Assembly: GCA_002410925.1 (NCBI GenBank)
Contig: DHPR01000013.1
Location: 76,995 to 140,994 of the forward strand
Length of the DNA stretch: 64,000 bases
From: a bacterium UBP13_UBA5359
GTDB lineage: Bacteria; UBP13; UBA5359
Reading direction: 5' to 3'
Position 1 is the stretch's first letter. Every line of letters starts with the position of its first letter. Below the pieces are notes generated by a model. The model saw nothing but the letters and a program-made list of their open reading frames with translations, was not told the origin of the DNA and searched no databases. A program made the position numbers and the translations under genes. This document shows, piece by piece, positions 39,374-49,396 of this stretch.

Positions 39374-40063
39374 GTGCCTGACAACCGGCTTGAGCAATTG
39401 GAAGAAAGAATAAAATATAACTTTAAGGATAATGGCCTGCTCGAACGGGCCATTACTCATTCTTCGTATGCCAGAGAACATGCCGATTGCCCGGGTGATA
39501 ATGAGCGGCTTGAGTTTCTTGGAGATTCAATTCTTGGCTTTCTAGCCTGCAATATCCTTTACGGAGAGCATCCTGACTTAAGTGAAGGCGATATGGCCAA
39601 GATAAAATCGTATGTCGTCAGCGAACCTGCGTTGGCTTCTTATGCCGAAGAGCTGGCGTTGGGCGATTATATTCTGTTGGGGCGCAGTGAATGGAGCATG
39701 GGCGGCAATTACAGGCCCGCGCTATTGGCAGATACATTTGAAGCACTGATAGCGGCACTTTATATCGATGGAGGGCTTGAGGCGGCTGCCGGCCTGGCCT
39801 GCCCCTTTATACGCCGACGAATCACTTTAGCCGTTACCAGCGATGACTACAGAGATTTCAAGACGGTTCTTCAGGAGATTATTCAAGAGCACAGGCGTAT
39901 AACGCCCACCTACGCAATTCTTTCCGCATACGGGCCGGAGCATGACAAGAGCTTCGTTGCCGCTGTTTATGCAGATAAAGAGCTGTTGGGTGCCGGCAAG
40001 GGTAAGAGCAAGAAGGCTGCTGAGCAGGATGCAGCTAAAAATGCCCTGGAAAAGTTAAGATAG
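39374..40063 (+). CDS. rnc: Ribonuclease III
   Basis: NERLEFLGDS, ADTFEALI, dsRBD GKSKKAAEQ. Confidence 0.96.
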   Translation: MPDNRLEQLEERIKYNFKDNGLLERAITHSSYAREHADCPGDNERLEFLGDSILGFLACNILYGEHPDLSEGDMAKIKSYVVSEPALASYAEELALGDYILLGRSEWSMGGNYRPALLADTFEALIAALYIDGGLEAAAGLACPFIRRRITLAVTSDDYRDFKTVLQEIIQEHRRITPTYAILSAYGPEHDKSFVAAVYADKELLGAGKGKSKKAAEQDAAKNALEKLR

Positions 40064-40084
40064 TTTTTGGTTGTTTAGGCTGAA

Positions 40085-40108
40085 TGCTAAATATAAACTC
40101 CTGACCCC
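40085..40108 (-). repeat. REP-like end motif between rnc and smc
   Basis: Minus strand GGGGTCAGGAGTTTATATTTAGCA; enclosed by 9-bp IR TGTTTAGGC (40072-40080) / GCCTAAACA (40119-40127). Confidence 0.7.
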
Positions 40109-40150
40109 AACACCCGGGGCCTAAACAGCAGACGTGAGTGTGAATTAACG

Positions 40151-43100
40151 TTGTATCTAAAAAAAATCGATCTCTATGCCTTCAAGACTTTTGCAGATAA
40201 AACGGAACTTGAATTTGATCCCGGTGTCACTGCCATAGTGGGACCAAACGGCTGCGGAAAGAGCAATATATCGGATGCTATAGCTTGGGTAATGGGGGAG
40301 CAGAACCCCAGGCAGCTGCGAGGCAGCCGCATGGAGGATGTTATCTTTGCCGGCAGTGCCGGGCGGCGTCCCCTGAATTTAGCCGAGGTGACGCTCGTTT
40401 TTGACAATTCCGATTCACAGCTTCCGCTGGAATACGATGAGGTCAGCATAACAAGGCGCCTTTATCGTTCAGGAGACAGCGAATATCTGCTCAATAAAAC
40501 TCTCTGTCGTTTAAAGGATATCAGCGATCTGTTACTGGATACCGGCCTGGGGAAAGAGGCCTATGCCTTTATTACACAGGGAGAGGTAGATGCAATCCTC
40601 AGCAACAAACCGGAAGAGCGGCGCTCTATATTCGAGGAAGCCGCCGGAATACAGAAATACAAATATCGTAAGCGTGAGGCATTGCGCAAGCTGGATGCCA
40701 CCCAGACCAATCTTATCAGGCTTAACGATATCGCACTGGAAATAGAGCGTCAGATAGAACCGCTGGAGGAGGATGCCGCCAGAGCCGAGGAATATAAAGC
40801 AGCTGCTCAGCGACTGCAATCCGCTCAGTTGGATCTATTTATTCATCGTATAACAAAATTTATTGTTCGTCTGGAGAAGATTGCCGAACAGACAGGCACT
40901 ATTACTATTGAGCTAAGCCTGCATGAAGGACAAATGAAGACGCTTGAAACCGAACTGGCCACCGCCAGGATAAGGCAGGCAACTGAGGATGATAGAGCCG
41001 ACGGTTTGCGTACCGCCCTGCAGCAGGCCGCATCGGAAGCAGATAGATTTGACAGCGAATACAGGCTTAATGAGGAGAAGATAAGCAACCTCAAACGATA
41101 CCTTGTGGATTTTGAAACAAGATCCGCCGAAGCGGATGAATGGTGCCGTCAGGCCCGGCGTGAGAGTGCTTCCTCCCGAGAAGAACTGACCGAATTGAAA
41201 AAAAAGATCACAGAAGCTGCTGCAGAGGAAGAGGCGGCCATAAATAGGCGCAAGGCCATAGCCGAGCAGTTGGAGAGCTATCGTTCCAGGATAGAGGATA
41301 TGCGGCGAAATAATCTTGGTGCGGTGGCCGATATGGCCGGCAGGCGCAGCTTATTGGAAGAGCGGGAGAAACAGCATCAAGCACTCTCTGAAAGCTTGCA
41401 GCGATCTGAACAGGAGAGACAGAAACATCAAGCAGCTTACGAACAACAGCAGGCCGGGATTGCCGCACTGGAGGCAAAGCAGAGTGCATTAATTGCGCAG
41501 CGGGATGGCAGTGCAGAGGAGCTAAAGAGCCTCATGCAGCAAGCAGCCGAATTGGAGGCTAAATCGGTTGCGCAGGCAGAAGAGGCTTCGCAAATGCAAC
41601 GCCAGACGGCCTCATTGCAATCTCGCTACGATCTTCTACAAGAGATGGAAAAGAACCTGGAAGGTTATCATCAGGGCGTAAAGAGCGTTATCGGTTGGAT
41701 GCGTGCCGGCCAGGCAACGCAGGTTATCGGCACGGTGGCCGATATTATCAACGTCTCCGGAAAGTATGAGGTCGCTATTGAAACAGCCCTGGGTTCGGCC
41801 ATACAGAATATCATTACCCGTGACGAGCTCACGGCCAAAGAGATGATTGCCAGGCTCAAGCAGCATAAAGGCGGCAGGGCTACCTTTATGCCGCTTGATA
41901 TGATAAAAGCGCCGGACAGAGCCAGGTTCAGACAGTATGCAGATAAGCCGGGCGTTGTCGGCCGGGCAGCCGATCTGGTGCAATATGCGCCGGAATATAA
42001 AGAGGTGCTGGAGCTCCTGCTTGGACATATTATCGTTATGCCGGATTTGGATTCTGCCGTGGAACTGGCCAGGAGCGACAGAGATATACGTATTGTTACT
42101 CTGGAGGGTGAATCAATCAGCCCCGGAGGAACCATAACCGGTGGAAGCAGCGCTCGGCGGCATAATTTTTTGGCGCGGGAGCGTGAGCTGGCGGAAGCCG
42201 CTGCCGCTTTGAAGGGTCTGGATAAAGCCGAGAAGGAATTGTCCTATCAGCGCAGGATAGTATCCGCAACAGCTGCCGCTCTGCAGGAGGATATTAAAAA
42301 TAGCGAAAGTACTCTTGCCGATATGAATAGGCGGTTGGCAGCCCTGCGGGAGGAGCTTAATCAGGCTCTCTGGTGCAAGGAGGCTTTGGAAAATGAAATA
42401 CGTAAGGCATTGCTCGCTGTGGAGAGCGGCAAAAATGAATTGGAGAGCATCTCTGAGGAGATCATTTTAATAAAAGATGAACTGCGCCAGATTCAGGATG
42501 GTTCAATCGATGCCGATGCTGCCCTGCAGGGCTATCTTGCGCGTGAAGATGAACTGGCTTCAAAAGAGCGAGAGCTGCAGGAAGCCGCTACCGCCCGGCG
42601 CATGGAGATAGGCTCGCTGAAGCATAGAGAGCAGACACTGCTTGGCCGGCTGGAGGAACTGGAGAAGGGACTGGCGCAAAATAGTAAATTTACAACAGAA
42701 GCAGCCGATCGTATTGCCACTGCGAAAGCCGATCTTCAAAGGCTCGTCGCCGGCGCGGAAATTTTGGAAAAATCACGCAGAGATGCTTCTGCAAGGCGGG
42801 ACGCACTGCAAACCGATTTAGCGGCCTGCAAAGCAGCCAGACAGCGCTTGCAAGCTGAATGCGCAAGCATGGAGGATGGTGTGCGTACCGCCAGGCAGGC
42901 AATCTCCGACCTGCAGTCCAAAGAGCATAGGCTGCAGCTGCAGGCAGCGCGCCTGGAAGCCGATCGTGATGCCCTTTGCCAGAGATTGCGCGAGGAATAT
43001 CGTATTGGGTATAATGAAGGGCGGGAAATAGCGCATACAGTTGAAAGCGAAACAGCCCTGGCCGGGGAGGTAGAGGAACTGCGATTCGTGATCGAAAATG

Positions 43101-43711
43101 CCGGCGCAGTCAATCTCAAAGCACGTCAGGAGCTCACGGACCTTAAAGAACGATATGACCTGCTGATCGCGCAGCGGGATGATCTCGTCAAAGCACGGGA
43201 GACTTTGCTGGAGGCCATCGATGAGATTGATCGGGTATCTCTGTCCAGGTTCTCTTCTACCTTTGCCGAGATATCCCGAGCCTTTCAGCGGCTTTTTGTA
43301 AGACTTTTCGGCGGCGGCGAAGCCGATATATATTTAAAGGATGAGAGCGATCCGCTTAATTCCGGTATTGAAATTGTCGCCAAACCGCCGGGAAAGAAGA
43401 TGCAGAGTCTGACCCTCCTTTCAGGTGGGGAGCGGACATTGACAGTGCTGGCTCTCTTTTTTGCCGTTCTGGAGGTTAAGCCCAGCCCATTCTGCGTGCT
43501 GGATGAGGTAGAGGCAGCGCTGGATGAGTCCAACGTGGAGCGCTTTGGCGAGGTGTTGCGTGAATTTGCCGGCCGGACACAGTTCCTGATAATAACGCAT
43601 AATAAAGGAACCATGGAAACGGCTCAGACACTCTACGGAGTAACTATGTCCGAACCCGGCGTTTCCCGTATAGTGTCGGTTAAAATGGTTGATGAGGTGA
43701 ACGATCTATAG
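40151..43711 (+). CDS. smc: Chromosome segregation protein SMC
   Basis: GPNGCGKSN, hinge GRATFMPL, LSGGE, LDEVEAALD. Confidence 0.97.
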   Translation: MYLKKIDLYAFKTFADKTELEFDPGVTAIVGPNGCGKSNISDAIAWVMGEQNPRQLRGSRMEDVIFAGSAGRRPLNLAEVTLVFDNSDSQLPLEYDEVSITRRLYRSGDSEYLLNKTLCRLKDISDLLLDTGLGKEAYAFITQGEVDAILSNKPEERRSIFEEAAGIQKYKYRKREALRKLDATQTNLIRLNDIALEIERQIEPLEEDAARAEEYKAAAQRLQSAQLDLFIHRITKFIVRLEKIAEQTGTITIELSLHEGQMKTLETELATARIRQATEDDRADGLRTALQQAASEADRFDSEYRLNEEKISNLKRYLVDFETRSAEADEWCRQARRESASSREELTELKKKITEAAAEEEAAINRRKAIAEQLESYRSRIEDMRRNNLGAVADMAGRRSLLEEREKQHQALSESLQRSEQERQKHQAAYEQQQAGIAALEAKQSALIAQRDGSAEELKSLMQQAAELEAKSVAQAEEASQMQRQTASLQSRYDLLQEMEKNLEGYHQGVKSVIGWMRAGQATQVIGTVADIINVSGKYEVAIETALGSAIQNIITRDELTAKEMIARLKQHKGGRATFMPLDMIKAPDRARFRQYADKPGVVGRAADLVQYAPEYKEVLELLLGHIIVMPDLDSAVELARSDRDIRIVTLEGESISPGGTITGGSSARRHNFLARERELAEAAAALKGLDKAEKELSYQRRIVSATAAALQEDIKNSESTLADMNRRLAALREELNQALWCKEALENEIRKALLAVESGKNELESISEEIILIKDELRQIQDGSIDADAALQGYLAREDELASKERELQEAATARRMEIGSLKHREQTLLGRLEELEKGLAQNSKFTTEAADRIATAKADLQRLVAGAEILEKSRRDASARRDALQTDLAACKAARQRLQAECASMEDGVRTARQAISDLQSKEHRLQLQAARLEADRDALCQRLREEYRIGYNEGREIAHTVESETALAGEVEELRFVIENAGAVNLKARQELTDLKERYDLLIAQRDDLVKARETLLEAIDEIDRVSLSRFSSTFAEISRAFQRLFVRLFGGGEADIYLKDESDPLNSGIEIVAKPPGKKMQSLTLLSGGERTLTVLALFFAVLEVKPSPFCVLDEVEAALDESNVERFGEVLREFAGRTQFLIITHNKGTMETAQTLYGVTMSEPGVSRIVSVKMVDEVNDL

Positions 43712-43793
43712 CCGGCTAGCCGTTTGGGAAAACGAAAAGAACATAAAGGCGAAACGGTCTGCAGGAATGCCGCCGAAGAGCCGGAGAGAGAAA

Positions 43794-44678
43794 ATGTTTA
43801 AAACGTTAGTAAAAAAAATAGATAACCTTTTCAATGGCCGCGTCAGCGTGGATGAAGAGATGCTTGATGAATTGGAAGAGCTTCTCATTCAATCCGATAT
43901 CAGCCTGGAAACGGCAATGTCGCTGGTGGATCCGCTCAGGGAAGTCAACAGCCGCAGCGGGTTTAAATATGTTGATGAGGTTCGTGCTTTACTGGCCGAT
44001 AATATTTCACGCCTGCTGCACAGTATAGATGGTGAAATCGGGTTGCAATTAAGCGGCAATCCGTCAGTCATACTCATTACCGGTGTGAACGGCAGCGGCA
44101 AGACCACTACCACAGCTAAGCTGGCAGCCTTGCTCAAAAAGAGAGGGCTTCGTGTTTTGGTGGCAGCTGCAGATACTTTCAGAGCAGCAGCCGTTGACCA
44201 GCTGGCGGTATGGTGTAATAGAGTCGGTGTGGAGCTGGTCAAGCATCAGGAAGGCGCCGATCCGGCTGCCGTAGTCTTTGATGCCCTCAACGCTGCTCGT
44301 GCCAGAGGCGCTGATACAGTCTTGATAGACACGGCAGGCCGTCTGCATAACAAGGCCAATCTGATGGAGGAACTGAAGAAAATATCCCGTATCATCCTTA
44401 AAGTTGTACCTGAAGGGCCTTCAGAGGTTTTGCTGGCGCTGGACGCCACTACGGGACAGAACTCCGTCAACCAGGCCAGATTATTCAAAGAAGCCGTGAA
44501 TGTAACAGGCTTTATGTTGAACAAAGCAGATGGTACGGCCAAGGGCGGAGCCATATTATCTATAGTATCGGAACTAAAATTGCCGGTAAAGTTTCTGGGC
44601 ACAGGTGAAAAAATCGAGGATATCGTGCCTTTTGATCCCGATATCTTTGCTCGTGAACTTGCCGGCATAAAAGGATAA
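43794..44678 (+). CDS. ftsY: SRP receptor FtsY
   Basis: GVNGSGKTTT, DTFRAAA, DTAGRL, DGTAKGG. Confidence 0.96.
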   Translation: MFKTLVKKIDNLFNGRVSVDEEMLDELEELLIQSDISLETAMSLVDPLREVNSRSGFKYVDEVRALLADNISRLLHSIDGEIGLQLSGNPSVILITGVNGSGKTTTTAKLAALLKKRGLRVLVAAADTFRAAAVDQLAVWCNRVGVELVKHQEGADPAAVVFDALNAARARGADTVLIDTAGRLHNKANLMEELKKISRIILKVVPEGPSEVLLALDATTGQNSVNQARLFKEAVNVTGFMLNKADGTAKGGAILSIVSELKLPVKFLGTGEKIEDIVPFDPDIFARELAGIKG

Positions 44679-44719
44679 GGTTATGAAGCCGGTCGGACAC
44701 AGTTGGTTCACTGGTGAAA

Positions 44720-44748
44720 TTGACAAAAAAGATAAGCGTCGATATACT
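44720..44748 (+). promoter_or_regulatory. Sigma70 promoter of ffh
   Basis: TTGACA-17-TATACT. Confidence 0.7.
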
Positions 44749-44779
44749 AAAGCGTATTGATAAAGGAGCGGTGATTTGA

Positions 44780-46114
44780 GTGCTCGATAACCTGTCGCGT
44801 AAGCTGCAGGATGTTTTTGATAAATTGCGGAGCCGGGGCCGGCTGAGCGAAAGCGATGTCAAAGAGGCACTGCGGGAAATAAAGCTGGTTTTACTTGAGG
44901 CTGATGTAAACTTCAAGGTCGTCAAGGATTTCATTGCGGCTGTACAGGATAAGGCGGTGGGGGAAGATATACTCCATAGCCTGACGCCCGGCCAGCACGT
45001 GGTTAAAATCGTCCATGACGAATTGATGCACATCATGGGCGACGATGCAGATAAGCTTGCCCGCTCATCCACAGGCATGACGGTAATCATGCTGGTGGGA
45101 CTTCAGGGTTCCGGCAAGACGACCACAGCAGCCAAGCTGGCCGGTCTGTTGAATCGTGAAGGCAGACATCCCTTGCTGGTGGCGGCCGATATATACAGGC
45201 CTGCCGCCGTCAAGCAGTTGCAGGTGCTTGGAGAGAGTATCGGAACGCCTGTTTTCAGCATGGGAGACAGCCGTCCTGAGGACATAGTGCGGGGTGCCCT
45301 GACGCATGCAGGGCAGCAATCGCTGGATACGGTCATTATAGATACAGCCGGCCGTTTACATATTGATGAAGATATGATGGAGGAGATTCATCGGCTGGAA
45401 GAGATATCCCGGCCGCAGGAGATTCTGCTGGTTTTGGATGCCGCTATGGGCCAGGAAGCCGTCAATGTGGCTCAGGAATTCGGCAGTCATGTCAGGCTTA
45501 CCGGTTATATTATGAGCCGTTTTGACAGTGACACCCGCGGCGGAGCAGCATTATCCATAAGAGCGGTCACCGGCCTGCCGATAAAGTTTATCGGCATCGG
45601 GGAGAAGCTGGATGCTCTGGAGAAATTTCATCCTCAGCGTATTGCTTCCAGAATCCTGGGCATGGGAGACGTTCTGACTCTGATAGAGAGAGCCCAGGCC
45701 GCGGTGGATATAGCCGAGGCTGAGACATTGGAAAAGAAGCTGAAGACCAACAGCTTCAACTTTGAGGATTTTGCTCAGCAGATGCGTCGGATGCGCAAGA
45801 TGGGGCCGTTGGATCAGCTCTTGGCTATGGTGCCCGGCTTTGAGCGTATGAAAGATAAGGGCGGCATCAATATAGATGAGCGTCAGATGGCCCGGGTGGA
45901 GGCTATGATCGGCTCCATGACAAGAGAGGAGCGAGGCAATCCTCAGGTTATCGATGGCAGCCGCAGACGCAGGATAGCCGGCGGAAGCGGATGTACTGTT
46001 CAGGAGGTCAACAGCCTGCTGAAACAATTTGAACAGGCAAAGAAGATGATGAAACAGCTGTCGGACATGGAACATAAGGGAGCGCACGGCCTGATGCCGA
46101 AGTTCCCATTTTAA
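44780..46114 (+). CDS. ffh: Signal recognition particle protein
   Basis: GLQGSGKTT, DTAGRL, RILGMGD, M domain. Confidence 0.97.
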   Translation: MLDNLSRKLQDVFDKLRSRGRLSESDVKEALREIKLVLLEADVNFKVVKDFIAAVQDKAVGEDILHSLTPGQHVVKIVHDELMHIMGDDADKLARSSTGMTVIMLVGLQGSGKTTTAAKLAGLLNREGRHPLLVAADIYRPAAVKQLQVLGESIGTPVFSMGDSRPEDIVRGALTHAGQQSLDTVIIDTAGRLHIDEDMMEEIHRLEEISRPQEILLVLDAAMGQEAVNVAQEFGSHVRLTGYIMSRFDSDTRGGAALSIRAVTGLPIKFIGIGEKLDALEKFHPQRIASRILGMGDVLTLIERAQAAVDIAEAETLEKKLKTNSFNFEDFAQQMRRMRKMGPLDQLLAMVPGFERMKDKGGINIDERQMARVEAMIGSMTREERGNPQVIDGSRRRRIAGGSGCTVQEVNSLLKQFEQAKKMMKQLSDMEHKGAHGLMPKFPF

Positions 46115-46179
46115 GAGAAGAAATGAATTAAGATAACAGACAAGCAAGGCATAAACAATAAAGAGGAGGAAGTAACAAA

Positions 46180-46479
46180 GTGGCGACTAGAATTAGATTG
46201 AAAAGGATGGGTGCCAAGAAGCAGGCGTTTTACCGTGTGGTCGTATGCGATAAGAGGTCCCCGCGTGACGGGCGTTTTATAGAGATCCTGGGGTATTACA
46301 ACCCGTTGACCGATCCTGCCGAGATTAATATCAATGAGGAAAGGCTGAATCACTGGCTGGCAACGGGAGCATCTCCATCGGATTCCGTAGTTTCGCTTCT
46401 GAAACAGAAGGGCATAATGCCTGCAACTACGATCGATGAGTCTGCCGGGGTTGAAATCCCGGAGCCAGCTGAGGCCTGA
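46180..46479 (+). CDS. rpsP: 30S ribosomal protein S16
   Basis: [26 protein letters not shown]. Confidence 0.97.
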   Translation: MATRIRLKRMGAKKQAFYRVVVCDKRSPRDGRFIEILGYYNPLTDPAEININEERLNHWLATGASPSDSVVSLLKQKGIMPATTIDESAGVEIPEPAEA

Positions 46480-46621
46480 GGTTTCAGCCTTTATGCAGGT
46501 AGCAGTGGCCTGGGTTCTTATTAATTGCTCGACATAAAGCAAATAACGGGTAACCGGGCATGCAAGGGAATTTGAAGCCTCAGCGATTGCCCGGGCAGCC
46601 GTTTCAGGGGAGTGTGCTTAT

Positions 46622-46852
46622 ATGAAGGAATTGCTGGAGTATCTGATTAAATCTTTAGTGGATTATCCCGATGAGGTTGAAGTCCAGCCGGTAGAAGGCG
46701 AGAAAACCATTATCTTTGAAGTTAGAGTTGCTTCTGATGATATGGGTAAGGTTATCGGCAAGCAGGGCAAGATAGCCAATGCTTTGAGAACTATCCTTAA
46801 GGCTGCAGCCACCAAGGATGGTAAAAAGGTTTCAATGGAGATCATATCTTGA
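46622..46852 (+). CDS. khpA: KH-domain RNA-binding protein
   Basis: DMGKVIGKQG; position between rpsP and rimM. Confidence 0.93.
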   Translation: MKELLEYLIKSLVDYPDEVEVQPVEGEKTIIFEVRVASDDMGKVIGKQGKIANALRTILKAAATKDGKKVSMEIIS

Positions 46853-47349
46853 CCCTTGAGATGGTAGAAGCCGGCGTTATTACAGGCGCACACGGAATAA
46901 CCGGAGAGGTCAAGTTTAGCCCGCAAATGGATCTTCAGCCGCTACAGGGTGTGGAGATCCGGTTGGCAGACCTGCACGCACCGGATAGAGACGGATTATA
47001 TAAGGTTGAAAACGCCAGGCCGCACAAGGGATATCTGATACTTAAGCTTAAGGGGTGTAATACCAGAAATGATGCGGAGCTGCTTTGCGGCAGACACGTC
47101 ATGGTTCCGCAGGATCTGTTGACGCCGCTGGTTGAGGGCGAATACCTGATAGATGATATAATCGGATTGAAGGTTTACACTCTTTTCGGTGCTTTTCTGG
47201 GCGAGATCGATGAAGTCATAAAAACAGGCGCTAATGATGTTTATGTTGTAGGACGGCACCTTATTCCCGCTATTCATGATGTAGTCAAGGAGATAGATAT
47301 AGAGCGGCGGCGTATGGTGATCGATCCGCTGGATGGTATGCTGGAGTAA
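46849..47349 (+). CDS. rimM: 16S rRNA processing protein RimM
   Basis: G.I.GAHGITGEVK, TGANDVYVV. Confidence 0.94.
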   Translation: MTLEMVEAGVITGAHGITGEVKFSPQMDLQPLQGVEIRLADLHAPDRDGLYKVENARPHKGYLILKLKGCNTRNDAELLCGRHVMVPQDLLTPLVEGEYLIDDIIGLKVYTLFGAFLGEIDEVIKTGANDVYVVGRHLIPAIHDVVKEIDIERRRMVIDPLDGMLE

Positions 47350-47379
47350 ATATCAAGAGTATCGAGCCCGGAGGTTTGT

Positions 47380-48189
47380 ATGGAAAGTCCGAAACCGGCA
47401 ACCGATAATCAAAAGCCGGCGGCTGCGCCCGAAGGACGCAGCTATACGCTGGATATAGTTACAATCTTTCCCGGCATAATTGAGAGCCACCTATCGGAGA
47501 GCCTTATAAAAAGGGCGCGAGAAAGAGGCATATTGGTCGTTGAAGCGCACGATCTTCGCGATTATACCAGCGACAGACACAGGACGGTTGATGATGCTCC
47601 TTATGGCGGAGGCGCCGGCATGATAATGAAGGCCCCGCCTTTTTTTGAAGCTGTAGCTGCAATAACCGCCCTGCGCGGATACAAACCGCACACTATTATG
47701 GTTACCCCGCAGGGGAAGACCTTAAATCAGAAGCGAGCAGAGGAATTGGCAACCATGGAAGGATTGCTCATTCTTTGCGGACATTACGAGGGTGTCGATG
47801 AAAGGGTGCGAACGGCATTGGCCGATGAAGAGATATCGCTGGGTGATTATGTCCTTATGGGTGGCGAGGTAGCCGCTATGGCTATAGTGGAGGCCGTTTC
47901 CAGGTTGCTCCCCGGTGTTCTGGGAGCAATTGAAGCCCATAAAGAGGAATCGCATTATGCCGGTTTGCTGGAGTATCCGCACTATACGCGCCCGGCAGAG
48001 TATCGAGGACTCGGTGTGCCGGAGGTTCTCCTCTCCGGCAATCATAATCGGATTGAACGCTGGCGCCGCCGCGAAATGCTGCGTCGCACCTTGCAGCGAA
48101 GACCGGAATTACTGCTGAAGGCCGATCTTGCTGATGAGGATAAAAGCATGATGTGTAAGCTTATTAAGAAACGAGATATATCTGTTTAA
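47380..48189 (+). CDS. trmD: tRNA (guanine-N1)-methyltransferase
   Basis: [37 protein letters not shown]. Confidence 0.96.
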   Translation: MESPKPATDNQKPAAAPEGRSYTLDIVTIFPGIIESHLSESLIKRARERGILVVEAHDLRDYTSDRHRTVDDAPYGGGAGMIMKAPPFFEAVAAITALRGYKPHTIMVTPQGKTLNQKRAEELATMEGLLILCGHYEGVDERVRTALADEEISLGDYVLMGGEVAAMAIVEAVSRLLPGVLGAIEAHKEESHYAGLLEYPHYTRPAEYRGLGVPEVLLSGNHNRIERWRRREMLRRTLQRRPELLLKADLADEDKSMMCKLIKKRDISV

Positions 48190-48308
48190 CTCAAATAATC
48201 GGCCTTCAGCGCGGTTGTAACCCGTTGACCATTATGATATAATCTTGCTTGCTTGTTTTTTAATAAGTGCATAGAGTTAATAATGAATATGCAGCGCTCT
48301 GTTATAAA

Positions 48309-48435
48309 TCCGGGATTACACAATGCAGGATGATGGGTTCGGAAGCCCGCATTGACCGGAAAGAGAAGAAATGACCTGAATGCAGGAGTGTGTGGTTTGG
48401 AAAGACACAGTCCGCATTCCGCATTAGAAATGTGG
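48309..48435 (+). promoter_or_regulatory. Structured 5' leader of rplS
   Basis: Two hairpins sharing AATGC-A-GG...CC-GCATT base and a third hairpin covering the RBS. Confidence 0.45.
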
Positions 48436-48443
48436 GGGATACT

Positions 48444-48788
48444 ATGGGCCAGATAAAGGTTATAGAGCAGGAGTTTATCAAAGAGAATGTGCCGGAATTC
48501 AATGTTGGAGATACCGTCAAGGTGTATGTAAAGATCGTTGAAGCCGGAAGTGAAAGAGTGCAGTCTTATGAAGGCGTAGTCATCCGTAAGCGTAACGGCG
48601 GCATCAATGCTAACTTTACTGTCCGGCGCATAAGTAATGGTGTAGGTGTGGAAAGAACTTTTCTGGTTAATTCACCCCGCGTGGATAGAATAGATGTTTT
48701 GCGCCGCGGTGATGTCAGAAGAGCCAAGCTTTATTATTTACGTGAACGAGCCGGAAAATCCGCTCGTATCAAGGAGAAAAGATCTTAA
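48444..48788 (+). CDS. rplS: 50S ribosomal protein L19
   Basis: [33 protein letters not shown]. Confidence 0.97.
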   Translation: MGQIKVIEQEFIKENVPEFNVGDTVKVYVKIVEAGSERVQSYEGVVIRKRNGGINANFTVRRISNGVGVERTFLVNSPRVDRIDVLRRGDVRRAKLYYLRERAGKSARIKEKRS

Positions 48789-49306
48789 TGAGCGAACGTC
48801 TCAAAGCGGAGATCAAAGAGACAGCCGAATCTTTGGTTATCGCCGTTATTCTTGCTTTGATTATAAGGGCCTTTATCGTTCAGGCGTTTTATATCCCATC
48901 AGGGTCGATGGAGCCGACGCTTAACGTGGGCGATCGCATACTGGTAAGCAAGTTTATTTACCACTTCAGGCAGCCTGTTTACGGTGATGTTGTAGTCTTT
49001 AAGTTCCCCGGCGATACCAGCCGTGATTTTATCAAGCGGGTGGTAGGCTTGCCGGGAGATGTTATCTCCGTTTCCGAAGGGAAGCTTCACCGTAATGGCA
49101 AGCCCATTACCGAAGAATATATAAAGGAACGCATTTATTATGATTTCGGTCCGGTGGAAGTTCCGCCGGGGAACCTCTTTGTGATGGGCGATAACCGGAA
49201 CAACTCTAATGACAGCCATGAATGGGGAACCTTGCCCAGGGCTAATCTGCTGGGCAAAGCTCTGGTAGTATATTGGCCTATGCTCAAGATGCGTGCCATA
49301 AGATAA
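48788..49306 (+). CDS. lepB: Signal peptidase I
   Basis: IPSGSMEPTL, FIKRVVGLPGD, MGDNRNNSNDS. Confidence 0.95.
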   Translation: MSERLKAEIKETAESLVIAVILALIIRAFIVQAFYIPSGSMEPTLNVGDRILVSKFIYHFRQPVYGDVVVFKFPGDTSRDFIKRVVGLPGDVISVSEGKLHRNGKPITEEYIKERIYYDFGPVEVPPGNLFVMGDNRNNSNDSHEWGTLPRANLLGKALVVYWPMLKMRAIR

Positions 49307-49396
49307 AAGTAATATTTAGTGATGAGGCAGGGATATGTTTGTCGGCTCACCTGCAATTAAGAATTATGCTTCAAGAGCGCTGTAGGCGAAGCGAGC

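Noticed and set aside
46465-46600. Hairpins between rpsP and khpA as possible SRP RNA
   Set aside because: No conserved SRP helix 8 motif seen; treated as ordinary intergenic stems
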